Source: an uncultured Verrucomicrobiae bacterium
GTDB lineage: Bacteria > Chlamydiota > Chlamydiia > Chlamydiales > Rhabdochlamydiaceae
Assembly (NCBI GenBank): GCA_963731265.1
Contig: CAVSUE010000001.1
Location: 1-64,000, forward strand
Length of the DNA: 64,000 nucleotides
Direction of reading: 5' to 3'
The notes beneath the pieces were generated by a model. It was not told the DNA's origin, did no database searches, and worked only from the letters and a program-made list of their open reading frames with translations. The number at the start of each line of letters is the position of its first letter. Position 1 is the first letter of the stretch. Position numbers and translations under genes: made by a program. This document shows positions 40,090 through 50,081 of the stretch, piece after piece.

Positions 40090-41049
40090 ATGACAAAACC
40101 TCAAAAAATTCTCGTGACCGGCGGAGCAGGCTTTTTAGGCTCCCACCTTTGTGAAAAATTGCTGCAGCAAGAATATTCCGTTCTTTGCCTCGACAATTTT
40201 TTTACAGGCAGCAAAGACAACATTCTCCCTTTCATCGATCATCCTTTGTTCCAGCTCATCGAACACGATATCTGCTTTCCCATCGACCTCGATGTCGATG
40301 CTATTTACAATCTCGCCTGTCCGGCGTCCCCGATTCACTATCAGTTCGATCCCGTCAAGACGATCAAGACAAATGTCCATGGGGCGATCAACATGCTCGA
40401 GCTTGCCCACGCCAAAAAGGCGCGCATCCTGCAAGCCTCCACCAGCGAAGTCTACGGCGATCCTCATCAGCACCCCCAAACGGAAACCTACTGGGGAAAC
40501 GTCAACCCGATTGGCATCCGTTCTTGTTATGACGAAGGAAAGCGTTGCGCAGAAACGCTATTTTTTGACTTCCATCGGCAGTTTGGCCTGCCCATTAAAG
40601 TCGCCCGAATCTTCAATACCTATGGACCTCGCATGCACCCCAATGACGGCCGCGTCGTCTCGAACTTCATCGTACAGGCGTTGAAAAATGAGGCCATCAC
40701 GATCTACGGAGACGGAACCCAGACGCGCTCTTTCTGCTTTGTCGATGATCTGATCGAGGGGTTGATCTCATTGATGAACACCACAAAAGAATTGACCGGG
40801 CCTATCAACATCGGCAATCCCAACGAATTCACCATCTTGCAGCTTGCCGAACTCGTATTCGAGCTGACAGGTAAAAAACCCAACCTCGTTTTTTACCCGC
40901 TTCCGGGCGACGACCCCAAACAGCGCAAGCCCGACATCGCCCTCGCAAAGTCACAGCTTGGCTGGGAACCCAAGATCCAACTCAAAGAAGGCCTCAAAGC
41001 CACGATCGATTACTTCGACAAGTGTCTTTCTTCAAGTTCGAAAGGGTGA
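40090..41049 (+). CDS. UDP-glucuronic acid decarboxylase (UDP-xylose synthase)
   Basis: [36 protein letters not shown] and RIFNTYGP. Confidence 0.92.
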   Translation: MTKPQKILVTGGAGFLGSHLCEKLLQQEYSVLCLDNFFTGSKDNILPFIDHPLFQLIEHDICFPIDLDVDAIYNLACPASPIHYQFDPVKTIKTNVHGAINMLELAHAKKARILQASTSEVYGDPHQHPQTETYWGNVNPIGIRSCYDEGKRCAETLFFDFHRQFGLPIKVARIFNTYGPRMHPNDGRVVSNFIVQALKNEAITIYGDGTQTRSFCFVDDLIEGLISLMNTTKELTGPINIGNPNEFTILQLAELVFELTGKKPNLVFYPLPGDDPKQRKPDIALAKSQLGWEPKIQLKEGLKATIDYFDKCLSSSSKG

Positions 41050-41636
41050 CCTTCATTTAACCAGACCTAAATTTTCTAGCCTTCCTAAAAACAACAATTG
41101 AAATGTTGTATCTTTGAACAGTAAATTTGTTAATACAAATTTCTGTAAAAGGTGGGCCCATGAACAAACTGAAATCCTTCACCGCTTCATTGCTTCTTGC
41201 AACAACACCCACAATGTCCGCTTATCCTCAACAGGCAGTTCGCCATAGATCTTTTCTTGTACAGAAAGTTAACCAAGAGCAACAAATCGGCAAAGATTAC
41301 GTTTTATCTTACGACGACATTCTCCGCCTGCTGGATGAAATTGAATCAGGTGAATTGAAAAAAAAATGCACTCTGGAAGTTAGAATGGTTCCGATATACT
41401 TATACCCGGAACGTTAGCAAAAATCGTTTCCAGAGGAATAAAAGGAACTCAAGAACTCAACGTAATTTATAGAGGTCTGAAAACTGCAGAAAAGACCTTC
41501 CTTCTTGAGTCAGCCACCAGTCTTGAAAGTGGTGCAAAAATTGCAGAAATTGTCCAGCTTGAAAAGAATATCTCTGAATGGTTAGGAGTAATTAATAGTA
41601 GTGCAAAAACATACGCATATGTGAAAATATGCTGTC

Positions 41637-42251
41637 ATGAAGAACACATATTCTCCCGGTGAATTCGGATTATTAATCGGAAGGACGACAAAAACCCTGC
41701 AAAGATGGGATCGTAAGGGCATACTTAAAGCCCACCGTTCCATTACTGGACGGCGCTATTACACCCATGACCAATATGTGGAGACAACTGGACAAAAAGC
41801 CAAAAAACGACAGTTGGTCACTTATTGTCGAGTATCAAGTGCAGGTCAAAAAAAGGATTTGATTTCACAGAAAAATGCTGTAGAATCTTTCTGTTTGACA
41901 GCAGGGAAAATCATCGAAGAGAAGTTGGAAGATATCGGTTCGGGGCTAAACTACAAGCGGAAACATTTCGTACAATTGATGGAAATGGTAGAACGAGGTG
42001 AGGTATCTGAAATTGTAGTGGCCCATAAAGACAGGCTCGTCCGTTTTGGGTTCGAATGGTTCGAAAAATTCTGTAACGACCACGGAGTTTCCATTCTCGT
42101 TATGAATGCGGACTCTCTTTCACCCGAGCAAGAAATGACCAAAGATCTCCTATCAATTATTCATTGTTTTTCCAGTCGCTTATATGGCCTGAGAAAATAC
42201 AAGAAGAAAATCATTGAAATGGCCAAAGACAATGAGAACTGTCAAGCGTAG
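41637..42251 (+). CDS. tnpA: IS607 serine recombinase TnpA
   Basis: N-terminal MerR-like HTH (TLQRWD..G), YCRVSS, DIGSGLNYKR, DRLVRFGFE and FSSRLYG. Confidence 0.95.
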   Translation: MKNTYSPGEFGLLIGRTTKTLQRWDRKGILKAHRSITGRRYYTHDQYVETTGQKAKKRQLVTYCRVSSAGQKKDLISQKNAVESFCLTAGKIIEEKLEDIGSGLNYKRKHFVQLMEMVERGEVSEIVVAHKDRLVRFGFEWFEKFCNDHGVSILVMNADSLSPEQEMTKDLLSIIHCFSSRLYGLRKYKKKIIEMAKDNENCQA

Positions 42252-43761
42252 GTCACTTCCACTCAACGGAAAAAAACAAACAGCTCTTGAAAGCTTATGC
42301 CAGGCATACACTGGTGAAAAACGGCTTTGGCTGCAACACTTCCAAGCCTGGGATTGTCAACCCTATTTAGGAAGGCCCCGAGCAATTCGGGATGAGAAAA
42401 TCAAACAAGGCTATCGTTCACCCCACCAATTGCAGGCTCGTCATTGGAAACTTGCCCTTGATGACGCAGCTGAAACATGGGATAAATATTGGCAGTCCAC
42501 TTTTGTTAAAGTCCGCTTAAAGATCTCCCATCGGAAAGCACTCTCCGAGACGGAGAGCCATTATGCCTATTGGCTTCTGAAAGGTTATTCCCAGTTTTCC
42601 GCCATGATGCAGGGGAAATGCCCGGAGCCGTCCTTTGCCATTGATGATCTCTCCCGGAGGCATATTGCAGGCTATGTGCGGAGGATCACCAGACTCTGCA
42701 AAGGAAAACCACCCACTGTAAAAAAAGCCAGAAGCGTCCGGTTCGATGCCAACTGTTACGATCTTTTCGAGCACAAAGGGCGTCAATACATCAAAATCAT
42801 GTCTCTGATTCCCGGTAAGAGGATTTGTATCCCCTTTTCCGGCAAAGCGCCTATTTCAGGCACAATTACCCTTGTTTTGTCAGAAGGAAACGTCGACTTT
42901 CACATCCCTCAAGAATTAAAAAAGAAGAATCCTCCCAAGACATCTCCCGAAGCTGTTGACTTTGGATATACTGAAGTCATGACGGATACCCAAGGCATTC
43001 GTTATGGGACTCAATTTGGTACAATACTGACACAGGTATCAGAAAATCGGCACCAGAAAATGCAAAAACGTCACAAGCTGCATGCCATGGAAAAGAGACC
43101 GACAACTTCCAATCCCAAAAAGGCAAAATCCCTTCGAAAATATAATCTAGGCAAGCAAAAACACCATGCGGCTGCCAAACGACTCAGGGCCACATTGGAA
43201 AGAGAAATCAACACCTCAATCAACCAACTCATCCAAACGAAAAATCCCTCCCTCTTAATCACAGAAGACTTGCGCCATACTTTTAAGTATAACAAGTCTA
43301 AACAAATGAATAGAAGACTCTCCAGCTGGTTGAGAGGTAAACTACAAGATCGAATTGCTTTTAAAGCGTTGGCGGAAGGTTTCCGTCATGAGCAGGTCAA
43401 TCCGGCCTACGGCTCTCAAAGCTGTCCCTTTTGCGAATTTGTGGATCATCGAAATCGCAAAAACGACCGCTTTCAATGTCTGCATTGTGGACATGAGGAC
43501 ATAGCGGACCGGATTGCCGCACTGAACTATGCCAGAAGATTTGGCGATCCTGAGATCGGACGGTATACGCCTTACCGTCAAGTAAAAACCATTCTTTTGG
43601 ACAGGTTCCACCGCCGATTGGAAACGGGGCAACCCGTGACTGTTCCAGGCAGGACTCTAGAAACCGTAATGGGGATGTATCCACCGTCACCATCGAGACT
43701 AAGTCATAGCCGGAAGAGAGAAATCTCGCGAACCGGACGGTCAATCAGAGAGCGAAATTAA
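42232..43761 (+). CDS. tnpB: RNA-guided endonuclease TnpB (509 aa)
   Basis: RuvC-I AVDFG, RuvC-II ITEDL, Zn ribbon CPFC...CLHC and RuvC-III ADRIAALN. Confidence 0.9.
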   Translation: MRTVKRRSLPLNGKKQTALESLCQAYTGEKRLWLQHFQAWDCQPYLGRPRAIRDEKIKQGYRSPHQLQARHWKLALDDAAETWDKYWQSTFVKVRLKISHRKALSETESHYAYWLLKGYSQFSAMMQGKCPEPSFAIDDLSRRHIAGYVRRITRLCKGKPPTVKKARSVRFDANCYDLFEHKGRQYIKIMSLIPGKRICIPFSGKAPISGTITLVLSEGNVDFHIPQELKKKNPPKTSPEAVDFGYTEVMTDTQGIRYGTQFGTILTQVSENRHQKMQKRHKLHAMEKRPTTSNPKKAKSLRKYNLGKQKHHAAAKRLRATLEREINTSINQLIQTKNPSLLITEDLRHTFKYNKSKQMNRRLSSWLRGKLQDRIAFKALAEGFRHEQVNPAYGSQSCPFCEFVDHRNRKNDRFQCLHCGHEDIADRIAALNYARRFGDPEIGRYTPYRQVKTILLDRFHRRLETGQPVTVPGRTLETVMGMYPPSPSRLSHSRKREISRTGRSIRERN

Positions 43762-43995
43762 AAATAAACACGTTTGAACACGTTTTTAGGAACAGAAGGT
43801 GCTAAGCTTATTCGAAATGAAGTTGGGGATTCTGTTTTCATTTCAAAAGACGGATTGAGGTGTGTGAGGTTCGATTTTAATAAAACATATCCTCATAGTA
43901 ATCCTCACGGTCACTTCGAAGTTAAAATTGAAGGTGAATGGGTAAAATCTGGACCGATCTACCCAATAGATGTACACCATAATTAGGCAAAAACG

Positions 43996-44241
43996 ATGAT
44001 AATTTATAATGTAGATACAGACAAAAAAGTAAATAAGATCATCCTTTATTTGACTTCTGATGAAGCACAGGAAATGAAAGGCTCTCTTGAATTAATTATA
44101 AAGAACAATGAAAAACACCATCATGAACATATTCCTGATAGAGAAGACTTTAAAAGAGAAATTACCATTTGTATATACAAAGAAGACAACTTATCAAGCT
44201 TTGACGAACGTTCAAAGAAACTCATTCTTAATGATGAATAA
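43996..44241 (+). CDS. small acidic protein, candidate immunity protein
   Basis: 81 aa, starts 9 nt after the toxin-like stop; LYLT.DEA...HHHEH. Confidence 0.6.
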   Translation: MIIYNVDTDKKVNKIILYLTSDEAQEMKGSLELIIKNNEKHHHEHIPDREDFKREITICIYKEDNLSSFDERSKKLILNDE

Positions 44242-44272
44242 ATTGAAGGAATTTCAAATTTCGAGGTTTTCT

Positions 44273-44845
44273 ATGATCAAATTTATATTCATTTCGGCTT
44301 TTGCTTTTCTCGTTTTCTTCAACTCAGCAGTTGCGAATGCAAACAAGTACTTAAAAGGAATTTCAGAATTCGATGTTGTACTCATGTTTTTTACAGAAAA
44401 TGATGAAACTCATCAGGCTCTATGGAAAGAAACTGTTTCTTCCCTAGAGAAAATTGGAACTGTGCATATCTCTGAAAAAGATATTAATCACGCTGAAATT
44501 TCATTGCCCTTTCTTTTATTGACTATCGATGGAAATGATAAACAAGGTTCGATAATAATTTTTGCTGAAGCAGAACTTCTCATCAATCGATCCAGAATCA
44601 GTACCAAGATTTGGGAATTGGATTTAAAGGATTCAGAGAAATCCGCTGAACCTTTCTTGACAGAAGAGGGTACAATTGGTTTTAGAAAAGTTAGGATACC
44701 CGAGGAAGAGATTAACCAGTCATTGCCCGAGAGAATGCTTGGACGATTTGTAAAAGAATACAAAATCGGCAATTCCGGAAGACCCGTATTTCACATCCAG
44801 AGAAAGGCCTGTAGTTTTGTGAGGGATCTCACTTCCCCGGAATAA
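44273..44845 (+). CDS. hypothetical secreted protein
   Basis: GAGG RBS; signal peptide MIKFIFISAFAFLVFFNSAVANA. Confidence 0.6.
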   Translation: MIKFIFISAFAFLVFFNSAVANANKYLKGISEFDVVLMFFTENDETHQALWKETVSSLEKIGTVHISEKDINHAEISLPFLLLTIDGNDKQGSIIIFAEAELLINRSRISTKIWELDLKDSEKSAEPFLTEEGTIGFRKVRIPEEEINQSLPERMLGRFVKEYKIGNSGRPVFHIQRKACSFVRDLTSPE

Positions 44846-47800
44846 CATAAGCATTTCTGCCGTGCCTGCTTTTGATCTCGCGCCATTTCTTTACGATTTC
44901 GGTGGCGAGAGGCGCCGCCTCTTTACCGCCGGCTTCGCTGAAGCGGAGGTAGACGACGACGACGAGTTCGGGATTCTCCCAGGTTTGTTGCTCCTCTTCA
45001 GAAAAGGCGACTCCCCCGAACCAAATGTGGTTGTGGATTTTTGCGGTGGATTCTGAATCGATCGATTGCTTGTAGAGGATCTCCGCAGTGCCCGTTTTGC
45101 CGATCAATTGATCTTTCAGATCGTAGAAATTTTGCATCCATTCGGGGTTCTGGTGCAGGGCGCGGATGATTTGCGGCCGCGCAGTTCCTTTAGCCCCGTT
45201 GATCACCAGGTGCATTCCTTCGATGAGGGGTCCACGGATGTTACCTGGCATGGGCAATTCCCGTTTGATTTCCGGAGCGCTGTACCAGATGTAGGGATGG
45301 GTTCCATCCGCTTGAGTAGCGGAAAAGAGTGGGAAGTGAATTCCAATGGAGGCTAACTGATCTTTAAAAGGAAAAAGCGCTTGTTCGAAGGGATCGCGGT
45401 ATTCCCGGAGTGGCTCTTTGCCCGCGATGACTTGGATCACTTTGGGTTTGAGGACTTTCCCTTTATTCGCAATCGCGCCGAGCATGACCGCGGTTTGTAA
45501 AGGGGTGACGACGAGGGAGTGCTGTCCGATCGCAAATGAGTATAATCCTGTTTTATTCAGCGTGACATCATCGGGAAGCGTGCCGGCGATTTCGCCGGGG
45601 AGCTCGATCCCCGTCTTTTCCCCAAAACCGAAGTCTCTCGACGTGGCCACGAGGTTCAAGGGGTCTTTCAAATATTCCCCTGCGAGGATCGAAAAATAGA
45701 TGTTGCTCGATCGCTCAATCGCGCCGACGATATCGATTTTGCCGATGTTGGGGCGGCTTCGAGGGAGTTTTCCGCCTTTGTACATGCGGGTGATCGACTG
45801 TCCCTCGAGAGTGGAGCCCAGAATTTGATCATTGCTTCCAGGTTTAGAATGCCATTTCATGTTATCGATCAGCGTTAAGGGATTCGCATTCTGCATTTCT
45901 TTCAATTGCGCGCAACGCTCCAAAAGTCCTTGATAGGCGACAACGAGTTTGAAAACCGACCCTTGAGGGGTCGATTGGCGGAACGCCTGCGATCGCCCAT
46001 ACCCATATCCCGCAAGAGGATAGAAGGCGGCGGCGAGGTGTTTGCCTATTTGAGCTCCCTTCGTGTTGCGCAAACTTCGATAGCGGCCAAAAAGCGGGAA
46101 TTTAAGTTCTTCAAAAGTGCGCATCGATTGGAGAAATTTCAATTGTTTTTCATGAGAAAGAGAGGCGATGGCGGCCTTTAATTTCTCTGCGTGTTTTTTT
46201 ACCTTTTCAGGAGTTTCATCCCTTAAAAAGGTTTGTATAAGGGTAAAGCGATTTTCTTCCCAAAAAACTTTAAACAACTGTTTTTCTATTTGCTCAAGGT
46301 AGTCGGTGTAAGGTTTTGCATATTGCTTTTTCTGTTTCTCTTCTTTGCGTTTTGTTTTTAGGTATTCCTTAAAATTTTCGTTCCGCCAAGTCTGAAAATC
46401 GTGTTTGTGAAACCAGTTTTTAAAGTGCGCATGCAAATAGCTCTGCACGACAGCGAATGATTGATTGAGAAGGCGGTAGCCTGCCAAGGATAGCGGGCTA
46501 ACGCTATCGAAAAGTTCCGGAGAAAACTGGTCCTTGTCGGCAAGAAGACGGCACAGGTCGACGATCAGTAATTTATCATCATTATTTTTCACCTGCTGCA
46601 AATAGGGATCGATTTTGCTTCTCAAGCTTAACGTTTCAGAGCTTTTTTGCTTTAGAGAAAGCTCGATATTCTTTCTCGCTTCGAGAGAGGGTAGATTTTT
46701 TGAAGAAATGTGCGGCGCAGCAGGATAAAGTGCTTCCAGCAACGCATTCATCTGACTTTGCCCGGAGATGAGGAGCAAGTTTTCCAATGTGGTCTGCAAG
46801 CTAATCGCATTGCCAAGAGTGGAAATTTTTTGTAGGGTTGAAAGGACTTCGCTTTGCGGAGGAAGAATCGCTTCAAGATATTTTTCCAAAGAAAGATCGA
46901 TTGCCTCTTCATAAAAAGAAGCGGAGTTTTCCTTGTAACGTTCCCTTTCCAAAGGGCGCTTGCCATCCCAAATTTCTCCGATGTAAGTTTCATTCTCAAG
47001 CCATCTGCGAATACGCGCCTGTTTTTCTTCCCTGACATCGGGAATCCGCGAAGGGATGAAATCGTTCGGATCGATGCGAGGATAAGAGGCCAATGTCAGG
47101 ATTTCGCCTGTTTTTGGGTCCAAAGCGACAATGGCGCCGCCCTTGATCCAAGGCGTGCTCAAGTCCGGACCTCCATCAGGGTGGCATGACTCGCGAATGG
47201 TTTCATTTTGAGCGAGAAGCTGTTCAGCAAATTCTTGAAGTTCTGAAGAAACCGAGAGCAAAAGGCGTTGCCCTGAAACCTCTTTGCGGGCCCCAGGAAG
47301 CTCGTGTAAAAAAATGCCCTTCGTATTGACTTCGTAGATTTTTTTACCCGCATAACCGCGTAAGTCCGCATCGAATGCACCTTCCACTCCTGATTTGCCA
47401 ACGAGGTCGTTGATCCTGTACGCCTTTTCTTGCAAGGCCTTCCATCTTTCCCGCACTTCCAGAGGATTGTGGAAACCTTTTGGCAATACAGCCACCTCGC
47501 CCGATTCCCGCTTAGAGAGGTAGTCTTGCAGTGTTTTCAACTCTTCAGCGATGGAATAGTATTCTTTGTAGCTGATGGATCCCATGTAGCCGATCACATC
47601 GGACCCGATTTTTCCGAACGGATAATACCGCTTAGACCCTTTCTCGGTGACGACCCCCGCCCAATCCTTCTCAAGCATTTTGAGACGGTAATATTCCTGC
47701 TCTGTAAGATCTTCCTTCAAAATGAAAGGAGTGTGCGGGAAAAGCGAGGCCTTCGCATGAATGACGTCTTCTATGGCCTGAGAGTCCATCTGCAATTCTT

Positions 47801-48158
47801 TGGCGAGAAGTTCCGAAAGGTTTTTTATATATTCCGACCTCGCTTGAATGCGAACACGTTTTCCCTCCACATTCTTTTCCCATCTTACTGCAGGGATTTG
47901 ACGGATGTCCGCGTAGCATACAGCGGCATTGTATTGAATTTTATTGAGGGCGAGAGGGATGTTGAATCTGTCCCGGACAGTCGCCCGTTCAACTTTTTCG
48001 ATGACCGTGCGCCTCATGGGCCGGCGGGCTTTTTCCACATGCTCATCGTGTTGGACTACCGAGAGGTACCAGACCCGCACTAAAATTAATAATAGGCCTA
48101 AGATAATGATGTTTAAAACTCTGTTGGCCTTCTCGGGAATCGTGTAGTCCATTCGCAC
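44829..48158 (-). CDS. mrdA: penicillin-binding protein 2 (chlamydial long form)
   Basis: RYYPFG, GKSGVE, GSVFK (SxxK), SSN (SxN) and KTGT; large chlamydial-type insertions. Confidence 0.9.
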   Translation of the reverse strand: MRMDYTIPEKANRVLNIIILGLLLILVRVWYLSVVQHDEHVEKARRPMRRTVIEKVERATVRDRFNIPLALNKIQYNAAVCYADIRQIPAVRWEKNVEGKRVRIQARSEYIKNLSELLAKELQMDSQAIEDVIHAKASLFPHTPFILKEDLTEQEYYRLKMLEKDWAGVVTEKGSKRYYPFGKIGSDVIGYMGSISYKEYYSIAEELKTLQDYLSKRESGEVAVLPKGFHNPLEVRERWKALQEKAYRINDLVGKSGVEGAFDADLRGYAGKKIYEVNTKGIFLHELPGARKEVSGQRLLLSVSSELQEFAEQLLAQNETIRESCHPDGGPDLSTPWIKGGAIVALDPKTGEILTLASYPRIDPNDFIPSRIPDVREEKQARIRRWLENETYIGEIWDGKRPLERERYKENSASFYEEAIDLSLEKYLEAILPPQSEVLSTLQKISTLGNAISLQTTLENLLLISGQSQMNALLEALYPAAPHISSKNLPSLEARKNIELSLKQKSSETLSLRSKIDPYLQQVKNNDDKLLIVDLCRLLADKDQFSPELFDSVSPLSLAGYRLLNQSFAVVQSYLHAHFKNWFHKHDFQTWRNENFKEYLKTKRKEEKQKKQYAKPYTDYLEQIEKQLFKVFWEENRFTLIQTFLRDETPEKVKKHAEKLKAAIASLSHEKQLKFLQSMRTFEELKFPLFGRYRSLRNTKGAQIGKHLAAAFYPLAGYGYGRSQAFRQSTPQGSVFKLVVAYQGLLERCAQLKEMQNANPLTLIDNMKWHSKPGSNDQILGSTLEGQSITRMYKGGKLPRSRPNIGKIDIVGAIERSSNIYFSILAGEYLKDPLNLVATSRDFGFGEKTGIELPGEIAGTLPDDVTLNKTGLYSFAIGQHSLVVTPLQTAVMLGAIANKGKVLKPKVIQVIAGKEPLREYRDPFEQALFPFKDQLASIGIHFPLFSATQADGTHPYIWYSAPEIKRELPMPGNIRGPLIEGMHLVINGAKGTARPQIIRALHQNPEWMQNFYDLKDQLIGKTGTAEILYKQSIDSESTAKIHNHIWFGGVAFSEEEQQTWENPELVVVVYLRFSEAGGKEAAPLATEIVKKWREIKSRHGRNAYVIPGK

Positions 48159-48314
48159 CTATGGAAATCCTCTCCATCATAAAAAAATCTGGTTTATAGT
48201 AAAGAGGTAAGATTAATTTATAATTTTAATTACACCTATTTTTCGCATTGATTTATACAAACTGATTTGTTTATATTAAACGCGTTTAAATTAACAAAAA
48301 TTAGGTTTAAAATA

Positions 48315-48911
48315 ATGTCAATAACACCAACAGCAAATAGTGCTCATTTGGGGAATACGAGCATGCAAACTGCTCCGACGCCGACGCAAACTCTTACAAC
48401 TTTGGGCCTTTCTTCGGTTGAAGACTCCCTTTCTTCTCTTCCTGCGGAGAGCGGTGGCTTTTTCGGCGGTATCCTTGCGAAATTTACAGCTGGGTGGAAC
48501 GCCCTTAAAGCGTTTTTTGCCCCTTTTTTCTTCACCCAAGAAAAGAAGGTCTCCCCTGACGAGGAACGCTGTGCCCATATCAAGGACCGATTGGATGGGA
48601 TCAATACTGTCTCCTATGAAGAATGCCTGGACAAATTTTTCCACATTCAAAATCCGGTCCACAAACTCGAAGCGTTCAAAGCGATTCAAAATTCGACGCA
48701 AGCCTCCGCTCAGACCGTTAGAGCCTTCTACGGGCATTTGGCAGTTGATGTGCAAGGGCATATCAAACGGCATACCTGGGAAGCTAACGGCAATCGTGAC
48801 GACGGGATGGGCCTTGCATATGGCGATTTCACGTTGTATTGGCATCCGAAACATGCCCATGTTTCTACAGCCATTGACAAGTGCATCGCTGAAGCAAAGG
48901 CGGGGAGCTAA
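48315..48911 (+). CDS. hypothetical protein, candidate secreted effector
   Basis: Ser/Thr/Pro-rich N-terminus, amphipathic segment, and its own terminator. Confidence 0.65.
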   Translation: MSITPTANSAHLGNTSMQTAPTPTQTLTTLGLSSVEDSLSSLPAESGGFFGGILAKFTAGWNALKAFFAPFFFTQEKKVSPDEERCAHIKDRLDGINTVSYEECLDKFFHIQNPVHKLEAFKAIQNSTQASAQTVRAFYGHLAVDVQGHIKRHTWEANGNRDDGMGLAYGDFTLYWHPKHAHVSTAIDKCIAEAKAGS

Positions 48912-48917
48912 TTATTT

Positions 48918-48949
48918 ACTGCCAAAACTTTATTTTTGGCAGTTTTTTT
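48918..48949 (+). terminator. rho-independent terminator
   Basis: actgccaaaa / ttttggcagt stem followed by a T tract. Confidence 0.75.
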
Positions 48950-49024
48950 CTGCCTCCACAGTAAAGTAATTTTTTCATCTCTTGGAATTAAATTCTCCGT
49001 TTGTTAAAAATAGAGGTGATTTTA

Positions 49025-49093
49025 GAGAATGGTGTCGATTTAACGTTTCGTCGAGTTTCGGGATTATTTGGGCCGCTTTTCGATACCAGTCTC
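49025..49093. repeat. short degenerate MITE directly upstream of tRNA-Gly
   Basis: gagaatggt.tcga...tcgataccagtctc; shares ttcgtcgagttt...attattt.ggccgcttttcga with the 52448 family. Confidence 0.6.
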
Positions 49094-49097
49094 CTAG

Positions 49098-49168
49098 GCG
49101 CCTGTAGTTCAATGGTAGAACCGTAGCCTTCCAAGCTACTTGTGTCAGTTCGATTCTGATCAGGCGCT
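49098..49168 (+). tRNA. tRNA-Gly(TCC)
   Basis: Acceptor gcgcctg/caggcgc, anticodon loop CTTCCAA, T-loop TTCGATT. Confidence 0.93.
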
Positions 49169-49277
49169 TTCCTCGCCTTTTTGCGTGAGGATCCAAACAA
49201 AATTTTAACCAAGACTGAAATTTCTCCGCCATTAAAGCTTAGGAGAGATGCCGTCGTCAAACTAAGAGGGACAAGGC

Positions 49278-50081
49278 TTGGCACAGACAGATGTCACCAT
49301 TAAAGAATTACTAGAAAGCGGTGCGCATTTTGGGCACCAAAGACACCGTTGGAACCCGAAGATGAAACGTTTCATTTTCGAGGAGCGCAACGGAATTTAC
49401 ATTATCGACCTCGCAAAGACAATGCAGCAGATTCGCAATGCTGTCCAAGTAGTCAGAGAAATGGTCTCCAAACGCAAATCGATCCTTTTCGTCGGCACAA
49501 AGAAACAAGCGAAAACCGTCGTCAGAGAATGCGCTGAAGAATGCGGTGAATTTTACGTTTCTGAACGCTGGCTCGGCGGAACTTTGACAAATCTCTCCAC
49601 CATTCGAAATTCCGTCAAAACGCTTGAGCGCATCGAAAAGAAAATCACAACAGGCGGCGATGGATTGACAAAAAAAGAGCTTTCCGTGCTCGGTAAAGAG
49701 CAGACCAAGCTCGACCGTAACCTTTCTGGCATCCGCGCCATGAGAAAATTGCCGGGCTTGCTGATCGCCGTCGATCCAAGCTGCGAGCATATCGCCGTGG
49801 CCGAAGCGAAAAAACTGGGAATCCCGGTGATGGCGCTTGTCGACACCAACTGCAATCCTGACCCTATCGACTTCGTCATTGCATGCAACGACGATGCCTT
49901 GAAGAGCATCAAACTCATCCTTCAGGCTCTCATGCAGGCAGTCATCGACCGCAAAAATGAGCTGAACGTGGGCGTCGCAAAAGGAGATGAGACGGAGCAA
50001 GGACAAGAAGGGCAAGAAGAAGATGAGCAATTCGAATTCGAAATCAAAGATAAAGAAGATCGCGATGGAGAAAAGCTATGA
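49278..50081 (+). CDS. rpsB: 30S ribosomal protein S2
   Basis: GAHFGHQ..RWNPKM, LFVGTKKQA, RWLGGTLTN and DTNCNP. Confidence 0.97.
   Translation: MAQTDVTIKELLESGAHFGHQRHRWNPKMKRFIFEERNGIYIIDLAKTMQQIRNAVQVVREMVSKRKSILFVGTKKQAKTVVRECAEECGEFYVSERWLGGTLTNLSTIRNSVKTLERIEKKITTGGDGLTKKELSVLGKEQTKLDRNLSGIRAMRKLPGLLIAVDPSCEHIAVAEAKKLGIPVMALVDTNCNPDPIDFVIACNDDALKSIKLILQALMQAVIDRKNELNVGVAKGDETEQGQEGQEEDEQFEFEIKDKEDRDGEKL

Larger units (their letters stand above)
41589..43795 (+). mobile_element. IS607-family element, copy 1 (tnpA + tnpB)
   Basis: Ends defined by comparison with copy 2 and by rejoining the host reading frame at an AG dinucleotide; no TIRs or TSD. Confidence 0.92.
41160..43986 (+). pseudogene. 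polymorphic-toxin-like gene, frameshifted/internally deleted and split by IS607
   Basis: Signal-peptide N-terminus; joining the IS flanks restores ...EWLG|EGAKLIRNEVGDSVFISKDGLRCVRFDF..PHSNPHGHFE. Confidence 0.6.

Noticed and set aside
42232..43761. Cas12 effector
   Set aside because: It is coupled to IS607 tnpA and has no adjacent array, so TnpB is the simpler call.
41589..43795. IStron (group I intron-IS607 chimera)
   Set aside because: Only ~48 nt separate the left end from tnpA, leaving no room for an intron core.
43774..43986. Independent 70-aa gene
   Set aside because: Its start lies in the IS607 right end; it is the severed 3' part of the upstream gene.
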